Shown piece by piece: positions 51,774 through 61,364 of a stretch of DNA of 64,000 bases. The DNA comes from Chamaesiphon sp. (GTDB lineage Bacteria > Cyanobacteriota > Cyanobacteriia > Cyanobacteriales > Chamaesiphonaceae), in assembly GCA_965246715.1 (NCBI GenBank), contig CBDFFH010000005.1, positions 192,001 to 256,000 of the forward strand, given 5' to 3'. The position numbers were made by a program, and so were the translations under genes. The notes beneath the pieces are model-generated. The model was not told the DNA's origin. It was given only the letters and a program-made list of their open reading frames with translations, and did no database searches. Position 1 is the stretch's first letter; each line of letters begins with the position of its first letter.

Positions 51774-51992
51774 GTAGCAAGTGTGCAGAAACTGCCGTTA
51801 AGCTTGTAGCCTAGTCACAGCAATCATTTCAATGATGGATTTTTCTGAGGATAAAACTGTACCAATTAAACTAAGATCTATTTGGTACACCGATCGCTAC
51901 GAGATTTCGGTAGTTTCAGGGTGCTAAATCTCAGAGGGTTTAATTGGTACAATCCTTAGCGGCACTTTTGGCACAGATGCTACTTAAACACC
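51765..51992. mobile_element. 228-bp MITE-like element with long imperfect TIRs and internal inverted repeat
   Basis: GGTGTTTGAGTAGCAAGTGTGCAGAAACTGCCGTTAAG vs CTTAGCGGCACTTTTGGCACAGATGCTACTTAAACACC; internal TGTACCAATTAAAC / GTTTAATTGGTACA. Confidence 0.75.
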
Positions 51993-52033
51993 TAGCACTA
52001 AAACTCGTTATTAAGCATAGATTCAGATTGAAT

Positions 52034-52762
52034 CTAGAAGCCTTTGACTAATTTGGGAAACTCTTGGCGGAGTCGATCGAGTTTGGGTAAGTCGTTGACG
52101 ACGATGTAGGGATATGTTGGATTGCGGGCGAGAAAGTTTTGATGATGCTCTTCGGCTGGATAAAACTTCTGAAGTGGAGCCATCTGCGTGACGATCGGTT
52201 GGGGGAAAACGTGAGATTTATCTAGTTGACTGATATAAGCTTTGGCAACCCGTTGCTGCTCGCTATTGGTAAAGAATATTGCCGATCGATATTGCCTGCC
52301 TGAATCGGGGCCTTGACGGTTCAATTCGGTTGGATCGTGGGCTACCTTGAAAAAGACATTTAGCAACTGCTCGTAAGAGATTTGCTTGGGATCGTAGGTA
52401 ATTTGGACAGCCTCTGCATGTCCGGTTTCACCATCACTGACTGTTTCATAGTTAGCAGTATCTTTGCTACCGCCAGAATAACCAGAAACAACATTAGATA
52501 CCCCTTTGATGTGCTCGAATACTGCTTCTACACCCCAGAAACAGCCACCAGCAAACACGGCAGTTTGTAAACCTCTAGTTTTGGTGGGAGCAAGTGCGAT
52601 CGTGGAGTCGTTAATTAAACTCGAATTTGCTGATGCAGCATCTGGGATTGTAGATGCGGCAGTGGCAGTAGATATCGTTGAATGAGAGCCGCGATAAGCA
52701 GCCACTGTACCAACCGATAATAATGTAATAAACAGGCCAGTCGAGATGTGACGTAATAACAT
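52034..52762 (-). CDS. msrA: Peptide-methionine (S)-S-oxide reductase with N-terminal signal peptide
   Basis: [32 protein letters not shown]. Confidence 0.95.
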   Translation of the reverse strand: MLLRHISTGLFITLLSVGTVAAYRGSHSTISTATAASTIPDAASANSSLINDSTIALAPTKTRGLQTAVFAGGCFWGVEAVFEHIKGVSNVVSGYSGGSKDTANYETVSDGETGHAEAVQITYDPKQISYEQLLNVFFKVAHDPTELNRQGPDSGRQYRSAIFFTNSEQQRVAKAYISQLDKSHVFPQPIVTQMAPLQKFYPAEEHHQNFLARNPTYPYIVVNDLPKLDRLRQEFPKLVKGF

Positions 52763-52944
52763 CAGTGTGAGTGAATATGTAAAATTTGGATCGATGGATA
52801 ACTTGGTTGTAAGACTCTAGATCTGGATAGAAAGTTCAGATGATTAGCTGCTAATCTAAGAGTACTTAAAAATCGTGGAGTCTATTACTGGGAAAAGTGT
52901 GAGTTGGAGAAAATATTACCCAATTGAAGATGTATTTTAGCGAT

Positions 52945-52992
52945 TCTCGTTGCGAGAGGCTTCTGCTAAGGCAGAGGCTTCGCCAACGCCAA
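52945..52992 (-). repeat. Nested pair of 24-bp mini-elements
   Basis: GCGAT|TCTCGTTGCGAGAGGCTT[CTGCTAAGGCAGAGGCTTCGCCAA]CGCCAA|CG. Confidence 0.75.
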
Positions 52993-52995
52993 CGG

Positions 52996-53490
52996 TTATG
53001 CGGGGATAAACTTCATCGCCACACCATTCATGCAATACCGCAACCCAGTCGGTTTCGGCCCATCTTCAAAGACATGACCTAAATGTCCGCCACACCGCCG
53101 ACAATGAACTTCCGTCCGCTGTTCGCCAAATGCTGTATCAACCGAAGTAGCGATCGCATTGGGAATCGGTGCAAAGAAACTCGGCCATCCCGTCCCGCTA
53201 TCAAACTTGGTGTTCCAGGTAAATAAGGATAAATTACAAGCAGCACAGGCAAAGGTGCCATGCCGATGTTCTTCGGTGAGGGGGCTGGTACCAGCCCGTT
53301 CCGTACCCTGTTTCCGTAACACGTCAAACTGGGCGGGTGTTAATATTTTGCGCCACTGAGCTTCAGTTTTCACAATTTGAAATTTAGTGGCTGCATTCAC
53401 CACTGGTTGCGATCGTTTATCTAGAAAATAGATTGTAGCCGCAGTACCGATCGCGATCGGTACTGTTGTTAATAATGTTCGTCTTTTCAT
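52996..53490 (-). CDS. msrB: Peptide-methionine (R)-S-oxide reductase with Tat-like leader
   Basis: MKRRTLL leader, GTERAG, CAAC/CRRC Zn ligands, GWPSF, GHLGHVF, RYCMNG. Confidence 0.95.
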   Translation of the reverse strand: MKRRTLLTTVPIAIGTAATIYFLDKRSQPVVNAATKFQIVKTEAQWRKILTPAQFDVLRKQGTERAGTSPLTEEHRHGTFACAACNLSLFTWNTKFDSGTGWPSFFAPIPNAIATSVDTAFGEQRTEVHCRRCGGHLGHVFEDGPKPTGLRYCMNGVAMKFIPA

Positions 53491-53511
53491 CTGTTTTAAT
53501 TAGATCGATCC

Positions 53512-53950
53512 TTATTTCGACTTGGATTCATCTTTTTTCATGGCATCAACCTTTTTTGTCTTTCATGGCAACTCGACCTGATTCTCATAGCAAATACTAG
53601 TCAGATTTTGCCATTTTAGCAATGGCATCGCCATTAGGTAATTGTCTTTCATGGCATCTTTCATAGCGTCACCTGTTGGTTGATTCTTTTTGACAGCAAT
53701 TACATAATCTGGTGATTTCTCGCTGACATCCCATTGCATCAATTGTATACATCTGTCTAAGGCATTAATCAACTGCAATGCAGTTGTTGACTTTTGGACT
53801 TGCTGCCCAAGCACTGACCGTAGAATTTCAGAGCAAGATGCAAGCCCAGCCATAAGTAGCAGTATCGTGAGATGGAGATCGAAGCCATTTTTTTCTGGTG
53901 AGTAGAGTATCTGTTTCACGATCGTGTCGATTGGGTTTTTTCCCCCGTCA
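53512..53950 (-). pseudogene. Degenerate third MXKDX lipoprotein copy carrying an ISAs1 transposase fragment (about 53680-53825)
   Basis: LLLMAGLASCS and GDAMKDAMKD segments match 54053-54319. The insert reads TIDAMGCQREI and DYVIAVKKNQP. Confidence 0.7.
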
Positions 53951-54052
53951 AAACCCTTGTATTTGTTTCTATGTTTATCAGTCTAAGCTTTCATACTTTT
54001 CGTAATTCAAATCTCTATCTAAATCTCACCCTGCCCTGAATCAATAATGTAC

Positions 54053-54319
54053 TTATTTTTTGGATTCATCTTTTTTCATGGCATCGCCTTTTTTGTCTTT
54101 CATGGCATCACCTTTCATAGCGTCGCCTTTCATGGCATCGCCTTTTTTGTCTTTCATGGCATCACCTTTCATAGCGTCACCTGTTATTGATGTCGGTGAA
54201 GCTGTCTCTGTCGTTGTAGTTGTTGGTGGAGTAGCAGAGCAAGATGCAAGCCCAGCCATAAGTAGCAGAATGGAGATCGAAGAGAGTAGAGTACGTTTCA
54301 CGATCGGTCTGGGGGTCAA
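54053..54319 (-). CDS. Met-rich pentapeptide MXKDX-repeat lipoprotein
   Basis: Lipobox LASC; GDAMK repeats; TTG start after AAGGG. Confidence 0.82.
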   Translation of the reverse strand: MTPRPIVKRTLLSSISILLLMAGLASCSATPPTTTTTETASPTSITGDAMKGDAMKDKKGDAMKGDAMKGDAMKDKKGDAMKKDESKK

Positions 54320-54385
54320 AACCCTTGTGTTTGTTTCTATGTTTATCAGTCTAAGCTCTCTATCTAAATCTTCCCTGAATCAATA

Positions 54386-54404
54386 ATGAGAAATTCCTGA
54401 GAAT
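54386..54404 (-). promoter_or_regulatory. Conserved direct-repeat box upstream of an MXKDX gene
   Basis: ATGAGAAATTCCTGAGAAT, identical at 55004-55022. Confidence 0.6.
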
Positions 54405-54461
54405 CTATTGAAATATCGGTAGACCCTACAATTAGCAAACTTATACATATACCTGAAGAAA

Positions 54462-54504
54462 GATCGCACTGAGCTGTTCCATCTGGAAATAGTTCAGTGC
54501 GATC
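54462..54504. terminator. Hairpin between the MXKDX genes
   Basis: GATCGCACTGAGCTGTTCCA-tc-TGGAAATAGTTCAGTGCGATC. Confidence 0.5.
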
Positions 54505-54675
54505 GATTTAATTAAACCTCAAACTAACCCCAAATTTGTCCGTTAACTTTCCTAATCTCTGCATCGGCGAGATAACTCCTGTAACTAGTTCAGAGCAGTT
54601 ACTAATCAGGATCGTCTATTTTAAAGTGGGCGATCGATCGAGTAGCCGTTCTCTGTCTAAGGCTGGTACTTACAA

Positions 54676-54939
54676 TTATCCTTTTTTTGCAGTTTTTTTC
54701 TTCATGGATTGACCTTTCTTCATCGCGCTACCTTTTTTCTTCATGGCATCGCCTCTCATAGCATCGCCTTTTTTCATGGCATCGCCTTTCATAGCATCGC
54801 CTTTTTTCATGGCGTCACCGCTTTGCATTGCGTCACCTGCGGATGCAGGTGGAGTAGCAAGGTAAGCTTGACCGACAAATACTGACAGAATAGCGATCGA
54901 AGATAGTAAAACACGTTTCATGATAATTATGTGGGTCAA
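54676..54939 (-). CDS. Secreted Met-rich pentapeptide MXKDX-repeat protein
   Basis: Signal peptide ending ASA; GDAMKK repeats. Confidence 0.82.
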   Translation of the reverse strand: MTHIIIMKRVLLSSIAILSVFVGQAYLATPPASAGDAMQSGDAMKKGDAMKGDAMKKGDAMRGDAMKKKGSAMKKGQSMKKKTAKKG

Positions 54940-55003
54940 AGCCCTTATTTGTCTCCAGCCCTGTTAGTTTAATATCTCTATCTAAATCTCTCCTGAGCAA
55001 ATG

Positions 55004-55022
55004 ATGAGAAATTCCTGAGAAT
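55004..55022 (-). promoter_or_regulatory. Second copy of the MXKDX upstream box
   Basis: ATGAGAAATTCCTGAGAAT plus shared TCTCTATCTAAATCT. Confidence 0.6.
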
Positions 55023-55040
55023 TAAGTTGAATTTAGTAAT

Positions 55041-55722
55041 ACTCACATCTTGCACCAATGCATAGATACTATAATTAGAGCGAGACTAATTCCAACGTTA
55101 GCCTTTGAGATGCCAGCAGCTCTCGTTTACTCTCTATTTCTATCAGCAGTAAACTTATTGCGGTTTTTGGCAATAGCTGCTGTAGTGTCAACAGTGTAGC
55201 CTCTTGCCAATCAGGCAAATTGCCAGGGCGCAATGACAAATAAACCCTGCTAGGCGGGTCCCCCGCCCAGCAGTGAGTCAGCACAAAACTAATCAAGCTA
55301 AGTATGAGCCAACGATAGACCCCCAATAAGGTCTGCTGACCAAAGCTAACCAACCCAAATTGATATTTGGCAGTCTTGAAATCATAGGTCAATTTACGCC
55401 GCTCTGTACTAGAAGCGAATTTGTGACAATTCATGATATCCATTGGGGAATTGAAAGGTTTCACAGAGCCATCAAACAAGTATGTGGCATTTGTCGATTC
55501 ATGGTGAGAGATAGTCAAGCAATCAAAACACATATATTTTGTTCGCTGCAAGCATTTGTTCGTTTAGAAAAAATGCGCTCTCTTGACCTCATTTCTAATT
55601 GGTATGAATTGCAAAGAAACTTATTCACTTTAGTTGTACGTGATTATATTGTAGAAAATCTTACCAATACTTGTGCTGCTTAACGTACATAAATAAGATT
55701 TTTTGTCAATGCGTAAGTCCTA
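55041..55722. mobile_element. Two back-to-back IS701-like transposase 3' remnants
   Basis: Minus: FKTAKYQFG...FGQQTLLGVYRWLILS with end ACTCACATCTTGCACCA. Plus: HWGIERFHRAIKQVCG...HIFCSLQAFVRLE with end AATGCGTAAGTCCTA. Confidence 0.7.
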
Positions 55723-55786
55723 AATTATTTCCTTTCGATCGGCGCAATTATTCCTAAGTGTAAATATTTGAAGCACTCATAATTTC

Positions 55787-56749
55787 TTACCTCTTTAGTG
55801 CTGGGAGAACTCGTTCACCGAAGACCTCGATGAATTCCTGCTGCTGCCGATTGACGTTGTGCAGGATAATCTCGCTGAAACCGAGTTCCATATCTTTTTG
55901 TAGCCACTCGATATGTTGTTCGGGATCTGCCGATATCCGCACTAAATTATCCAGATCGTTCGGCTTCACGAACTGCGCGGCAGCATCGAACTGCGCTGGT
56001 GTACGGAGTTCCGCCAGCACGACGTTCTCTAAGATATTAGTGCGCCACTGGTCGTAGGCTCCAAGGCGTGCTTCCTCCTCGTCTCGTGCGTAGGACAATT
56101 GTACCTTGAGGTACATTGGCTTTCCCTTTCCCCCACCCCGGTGAAATGCCTCCACCACCTTCAGGAGTTTTTCGTGGGGACGGGAGGTGGTGATTAGCCC
56201 ATCTGCCCAGCTACCTACCCACTCAGCTGTTTCGGGGGTGAGCGCTGCTCCCACGATCTGGGGTAAAATCTCAGGACGGGTGTAAAGCTTTGCCTCTTCC
56301 ACACATATCCGACCGTAGTGGGTGACTGTTTCCCCATCCCACAAGGCACGGATGACTTCGACGCACTCCTTTAGGCGGGCATTTCGTTCAGCCTTGGCAG
56401 GCCAGTGTTCACCCGTGATGCCTTCGTTGATTGCCTGACCAGTCCCCAATGCCACCCAGAAACGACTAGGGAACATTTCGGCGAGGGTGGCAGCAGCTTG
56501 GGCAATAATAGCCGGGTGATACCGTTGTCCAGGAGCGCAAACGACACCGAAGGATAGAGAGGTTGCTTGCATGGCTGCACCTAACCAAGACCAGGCAAAG
56601 CCGCACTCTCCCTGGCGATCGCTCCAAGGGTGAAAGTGGTCGGAGGACAGGGCGGCGGTGAATCCAGCTTGCTCGGCAAGCTGAACCCATTTCAGCAGGG
56701 TACTGGGTTTGAACTGCTCGTGTGAGATGTGATACCCAAACTTTGTCAT
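55787..56749 (-). CDS. LLM-class flavin-dependent oxidoreductase (non-F420, G6PDH-F420-like family)
   Basis: GYHISHEQF, SSDHFHPW, FAWSWLGAA, RYHPAIIAQAAATL. Confidence 0.88.
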   Translation of the reverse strand: MTKFGYHISHEQFKPSTLLKWVQLAEQAGFTAALSSDHFHPWSDRQGECGFAWSWLGAAMQATSLSFGVVCAPGQRYHPAIIAQAAATLAEMFPSRFWVALGTGQAINEGITGEHWPAKAERNARLKECVEVIRALWDGETVTHYGRICVEEAKLYTRPEILPQIVGAALTPETAEWVGSWADGLITTSRPHEKLLKVVEAFHRGGGKGKPMYLKVQLSYARDEEEARLGAYDQWRTNILENVVLAELRTPAQFDAAAQFVKPNDLDNLVRISADPEQHIEWLQKDMELGFSEIILHNVNRQQQEFIEVFGERVLPALKR

Positions 56750-56802
56750 GTGTCTTTCCTCTTAAAAGAATTTTGGATTGTGAATTATTTCAGCCGATCG
56801 CA

Positions 56803-59469
56803 TTATCCAAGTTGGTCAACTTTCCCGCACTGCTCAATCAGTTCGGCTACTAAACCCGTCCAACCTGTCTGATGGCTTGCGCCGAGTCCTGCGCCGTTAT
56901 CGCCATGAAAATATTCATGGAAAAGAATTAGATCGCGCCAATGGGGGTCTGTTTGAAACGTTTTCATGCCGCCATAGCAGGGTCTGCCACCTGACTTATC
57001 CTGAAGAAAAATCTGGATTAGCCTTTGCGACAATTCTGTTGCGACTTCCTTGAGGTTCATCTCTTTGCCAGAACCAGTCGGGCATTCTACTTTGAAATCG
57101 TCGCCCAAGTAGGAATAAAACCTTTGGAGTGACTCGATAATCAGGTAATTCATGGGAAACCAAATCGGTCCGCGCCAGTTGGAATTGCCACCAAACAAAC
57201 CTGAGCAAGATTCTGCCGGTTCGTAATCCACGCGGTACTCTTCTCCCTCTACCTTAAAGATGTACGGATGCGAACCATGAAATTTAGAAACAGAGCGGAT
57301 ACCATAGGGGCTTAAGAATTCGTTTTCATCAAGCATTTTGTGCAGGATACGCCGGAGTCGCTCTTGATATGGGATCGCCAGTAGTCTTCTAGCACCGCTA
57401 CCTGGTGTTTCCATGCAGGGAACGTTTTGTTTGAGGTCAGGGTGCTTTTTAATAAACCATTCCAGGCGCTGTTCAAAGCCTGGGAGCATCTTCAACGTTT
57501 CTGGTTCCAGGATTTCAACCGCAAATAGTGGAATTAGCCCCACCAGCGATCGCACTTTCATGGAGAAAGGACGGTCATTGGGCAAATGCAGTACATCGTA
57601 GTAAAAGCCATCGTCTTCATTCCAAAGCTTTACCTCTGATTCGCCGATCCGGTTCATCGCATCAGCAATATAAAGAAAATGTTCAAAAAACTTAGTGGCG
57701 ATATCTTCGTAACAAGAATTTTCCTTTGCTAGTTCCAGCGCGATCGTCAGCATGTTTAGACAGTACATTCCCATCCAGCTAGTGCCATCTGACTGGTCTA
57801 TGTGTCCACCCGTAGGCAGTTCCATATTTCTATCAAAAACACCAATATTGTCTAATCCTAAGAAACCACCCTGAAACACATTCATTCCCTCTGCATCCTT
57901 ACGGTTCACCCACCACGTGAAGTTGAGCAGCAACTTCTGAAAGACGCGCTCCAGAAAACCTCGATCGGCGCGACCATAAATTTTTTGCTCGATCGTGTAG
58001 ACACGCCACGCCGCCCAAGCATGAACGGGGGGGTTGACATCACTAAAATCCCATTCATAGGCTGGTAGCTGACCGTTGGGATGCATATACCATTCCCGTG
58101 TCAATCGATCTAGTTGCCGCTTGGCAAAGTCAGGGTCGATCATCGCCAGCGGAATGACCTGAAAAGCCAAATCCCAGGCACCAAACCAGGGATATTCCCA
58201 TTTATCTGGCATGGAGAGAATCTCATCACTAAACAGATGAATCCATTCGGAGTTTCTAATACATTTGCGTGACTCTGGTGGTCGTGGAGCGGTGGAATCG
58301 CCTTTTAGCCACTCTTCCACGTCATAGTAATAAAGTTGTTTACTCCACAACATACCGGCGAAAGCTTGTCGCTGTACATTACGTCTATCTTTGGACAAAC
58401 TGGGAGAAGAGACGCGATCGTAAAATTCATCGGCTTCGCGTTGGCGATTTTGGAAGATTGTTTCAAAATTAGTGCCTAACGGTTCCGCTAAATCTTGATA
58501 GTCACTTAGTCGTAGCCGAACTGTTTTTGTTTGACCTGCACCAACTTTCACCAAATAATGCAATGAGGCTTTTGTTCCGGTCTGAGTTGGATTTACGGCT
58601 GAGTGCTGACCGCGTACAACGTAATCGTTGATTCCATCTTTGACATAGGGCGATAAATTGCTGACTTCAGATAGTCTTTCCGAGTTGGTTTCGTTTTCTG
58701 TAAACAAAATCTCCTCTGAATGTTCAGAATGCAGCCATCTTTTTCCGAGGGTTGGATGAGAGGCTTCTATCACACTAAAGTTAATGTTAGATTGAGTCCA
58801 CTTAAGAGAAGGCTTATCCTCACTGTTATTCCAAGACCAAGTATTCCGAAACCAGAGGGTTGGTAAAAGATGCAGGGTTTTCTCTTCAGGTCCTCGGTTG
58901 ACAACACTGATTTGAATCAGAATATCTTCTGATGAACTTTTGGCGTACTCTACAAAAACATCAAAGTAACGCCCGTCAGCGAAGACGCCAGTATCAATTA
59001 ATTCAAATTCTGGGTCTTTATAACCTCTGCGCTTATTTTCTTCAACTAACTGAGAATAGGGAAATGCTCGTTGCGGATATTTGTAAAGACATTTCATATA
59101 GGAGTGGGTAGGAGTGTTGTCAAGATAAAAGTAATGCTCCTTTACGTCTTCTCCATGATTGCCCTCATTACTTGTTAAACCAAAGAGCCTTTCTTTCAGA
59201 AAGGGATCTTCACCATTCCAGAGTGCGATCGCAAAACAAAGTCGCTGATGGTTATCAGAAATTCCAGCAATACCATCTTCACCCCACCGATAAGCGCGGG
59301 AACGAGCCTGATCGTGCGGGAAATAGTCCCAAGCTGAACCATCCGGGCTGTAATCCTCTCGTACTGTTCCCCACTGCCGTTCACTCAAATATGGCCCCCA
59401 CCGCCGCCAATGAGCTTTGCGATCGCGGTTTTCTGCCAACCTTTTTTCTTCCTGGGTCATGTTTTTCAT
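56803..59469 (-). CDS. GH63 / MGH1-like glycoside hydrolase
   Basis: [54 protein letters not shown]. Confidence 0.92.
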   Translation of the reverse strand: MKNMTQEEKRLAENRDRKAHWRRWGPYLSERQWGTVREDYSPDGSAWDYFPHDQARSRAYRWGEDGIAGISDNHQRLCFAIALWNGEDPFLKERLFGLTSNEGNHGEDVKEHYFYLDNTPTHSYMKCLYKYPQRAFPYSQLVEENKRRGYKDPEFELIDTGVFADGRYFDVFVEYAKSSSEDILIQISVVNRGPEEKTLHLLPTLWFRNTWSWNNSEDKPSLKWTQSNINFSVIEASHPTLGKRWLHSEHSEEILFTENETNSERLSEVSNLSPYVKDGINDYVVRGQHSAVNPTQTGTKASLHYLVKVGAGQTKTVRLRLSDYQDLAEPLGTNFETIFQNRQREADEFYDRVSSPSLSKDRRNVQRQAFAGMLWSKQLYYYDVEEWLKGDSTAPRPPESRKCIRNSEWIHLFSDEILSMPDKWEYPWFGAWDLAFQVIPLAMIDPDFAKRQLDRLTREWYMHPNGQLPAYEWDFSDVNPPVHAWAAWRVYTIEQKIYGRADRGFLERVFQKLLLNFTWWVNRKDAEGMNVFQGGFLGLDNIGVFDRNMELPTGGHIDQSDGTSWMGMYCLNMLTIALELAKENSCYEDIATKFFEHFLYIADAMNRIGESEVKLWNEDDGFYYDVLHLPNDRPFSMKVRSLVGLIPLFAVEILEPETLKMLPGFEQRLEWFIKKHPDLKQNVPCMETPGSGARRLLAIPYQERLRRILHKMLDENEFLSPYGIRSVSKFHGSHPYIFKVEGEEYRVDYEPAESCSGLFGGNSNWRGPIWFPMNYLIIESLQRFYSYLGDDFKVECPTGSGKEMNLKEVATELSQRLIQIFLQDKSGGRPCYGGMKTFQTDPHWRDLILFHEYFHGDNGAGLGASHQTGWTGLVAELIEQCGKVDQLG

Positions 59470-59507
59470 GATTGATTTAATTCCTCACCGAATTGGTATG
59501 AGTTCTG

Positions 59508-60311
59508 TCACTCGGGATGATGCGGGGCTTTACATTGCTTGTAAATACAGTGGGCGTGGGGAACGTGAAACAGTTTTCCGGTAATGATTTCACGCTTGCC
59601 ACGATAAAGCAGACGGAAGGCAACCACCGATAATACTGCCCCTAAAGTTGGCGCAACGAAATACAGCCACTGATCCCGCCAGAATCCAGAGACTAAGGCG
59701 GGTCCGAAGCTGCGGGCTGGATTCAGACCTGTGCCAGAAATTGGGGCTGTCAACCGGACTGTGAAGGCGATTAACAGCCAGGTCATCAGGGGTGTCCAGT
59801 GCATGAGCCGACGGCTACTGACAAAGATTAAGATTGACAGTACCAGCAAAAAGGTAATAAAGACTTCTACCGCGAATACATACCAAAGGGCGTACTCCGG
59901 TTGGGGCAGCGTCGCCCCGTTTTCAACGGTAGCGGCATAATCTCCCCAAATCGTTACTAATAGCACTGAACCAAAGATTGCGCCCAGGAATTGGGCAACC
60001 ATGTATCCTGCTGCATCTAAAAAATTCATTTTGCCCTGAATCCAAAAAGCCAATGAAACTACAGGATTTATGTGGGCACCACTAAGCTTGCCCAGTGGGG
60101 TAATCGCAAACAGTGAGCCACTGCCAGCAAACAGCAGTCCTGTAAGCATTAGACGACCACCCATACTAGGGATAATTTGCTCTACAGGAGAATTTTCACC
60201 GAGATTGAAGACGACGGCGCTCAGTCCAGCGAAGATTAGAAATGCGGTTCCGAGAAATTCGGCAAGATATTCAGCCCAGTTTAGTCGTCGCCACCATCTA
60301 AAATTCATCAT
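59508..60311 (-). CDS. MIP/aquaporin family channel
   Basis: AEFLGT, SGAHINPV, GLNPARSFGP. Confidence 0.92.
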   Translation of the reverse strand: MMNFRWWRRLNWAEYLAEFLGTAFLIFAGLSAVVFNLGENSPVEQIIPSMGGRLMLTGLLFAGSGSLFAITPLGKLSGAHINPVVSLAFWIQGKMNFLDAAGYMVAQFLGAIFGSVLLVTIWGDYAATVENGATLPQPEYALWYVFAVEVFITFLLVLSILIFVSSRRLMHWTPLMTWLLIAFTVRLTAPISGTGLNPARSFGPALVSGFWRDQWLYFVAPTLGAVLSVVAFRLLYRGKREIITGKLFHVPHAHCIYKQCKAPHHPE

Positions 60312-60374
60312 TTTTTTTCACTAAGTGAGGGAGCATTAAATAGAAAAGATTCAACTAGGACGCTCTCTTAAAAA

Positions 60375-61328
60375 CTACTTTTCGACTAACCGCAAGGCGT
60401 GACCGTCTGGGTCTTTCACCAAAAAGCCCTTTTTGAATCCCAATGTCTGTTCTGGCATTTCCACGACACCGGAAGAAATAAAGGTAGATTGTTGCGCGTT
60501 AGCGAAGCTTAACGAAGTTATGGCTTCAGCATCCCGCACTACTAAGGTAATTTGCTGATGGATCGAGTCATTGCTACGGATATCGCTAGGTATCGGTCGT
60601 CCGTCTTGTGGGTTCAGGTATTCCAAAAGCTCAATTTCAATCCCTGTAGGGGCGCTCAGTCGATTAATCTGAAGTCGGGCATGAGGAACTCCGCTGAGAT
60701 GCTCCTGTTCAGTGCCGTAGTTTTCACTTTCCCCAGCCCGTTCCATTCCTAATAAATTGTGGTAAAAATTTAAGCTGGCTTCGCTGTCAGAGATAACGAT
60801 CGCGGTATGATCGATCCCTAAGAAGAGTTTGTCAGTCTGGCGCTGCCACCTCGCATCTCCTTTCCCTGGTGGATAGCGGATTAGTTCCAGGTCGTGTCCA
60901 TCTGGGTCTTTGAAGTAAAAAGCTTGGATACCCCCTGCTGCTTTATTCCAATTTGGAAGCTGTTGGGGTTCGGTTGATGTGTTTTGTGTCTGGTTCTGCT
61001 GTAAGTGTTGGTAGGCTTTATCCATGTCACTGACAGTAATAGCAATGTGCTGGAACCAGCGATCGTTGCTGCGGGAGTCAGCAGGAATTGGTCGTCCTTT
61101 CGGCGCGAGGTATTGAGTTAGCTCAATCAACTCGCTGCCCAGTTGCATCTGGACAACCCGCATTTGGACGTTTGGTAATCCCTGAAGCTGTTCGTAAGCA
61201 GCGCCCGAAACCTCGACATCGGAGATTTTTTCAAACGACAACACTTTAGAGTAAAATTCAAGCGATCGCTCCATACTGGCAACCGTCATCCCAATTGATT
61301 CCACTGCAACTATTCGTTCGTCTTGCAT
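60375..61328 (-). CDS. Two-domain VOC (glyoxalase-like) protein
   Basis: FQHIAI, FKDPDGHDLEL, IDHTAI, KDPDGHAL. Confidence 0.88.
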   Translation of the reverse strand: MQDERIVAVESIGMTVASMERSLEFYSKVLSFEKISDVEVSGAAYEQLQGLPNVQMRVVQMQLGSELIELTQYLAPKGRPIPADSRSNDRWFQHIAITVSDMDKAYQHLQQNQTQNTSTEPQQLPNWNKAAGGIQAFYFKDPDGHDLELIRYPPGKGDARWQRQTDKLFLGIDHTAIVISDSEASLNFYHNLLGMERAGESENYGTEQEHLSGVPHARLQINRLSAPTGIEIELLEYLNPQDGRPIPSDIRSNDSIHQQITLVVRDAEAITSLSFANAQQSTFISSGVVEMPEQTLGFKKGFLVKDPDGHALRLVEK

Positions 61329-61364
61329 TGATTAAAACCCTGCAACTACACTCGATCACGAAAA

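Noticed and set aside
53563..53919. 118-aa ORF as a real protein
   Set aside because: Chimera of a decayed MXKDX gene and ISAs1 scraps
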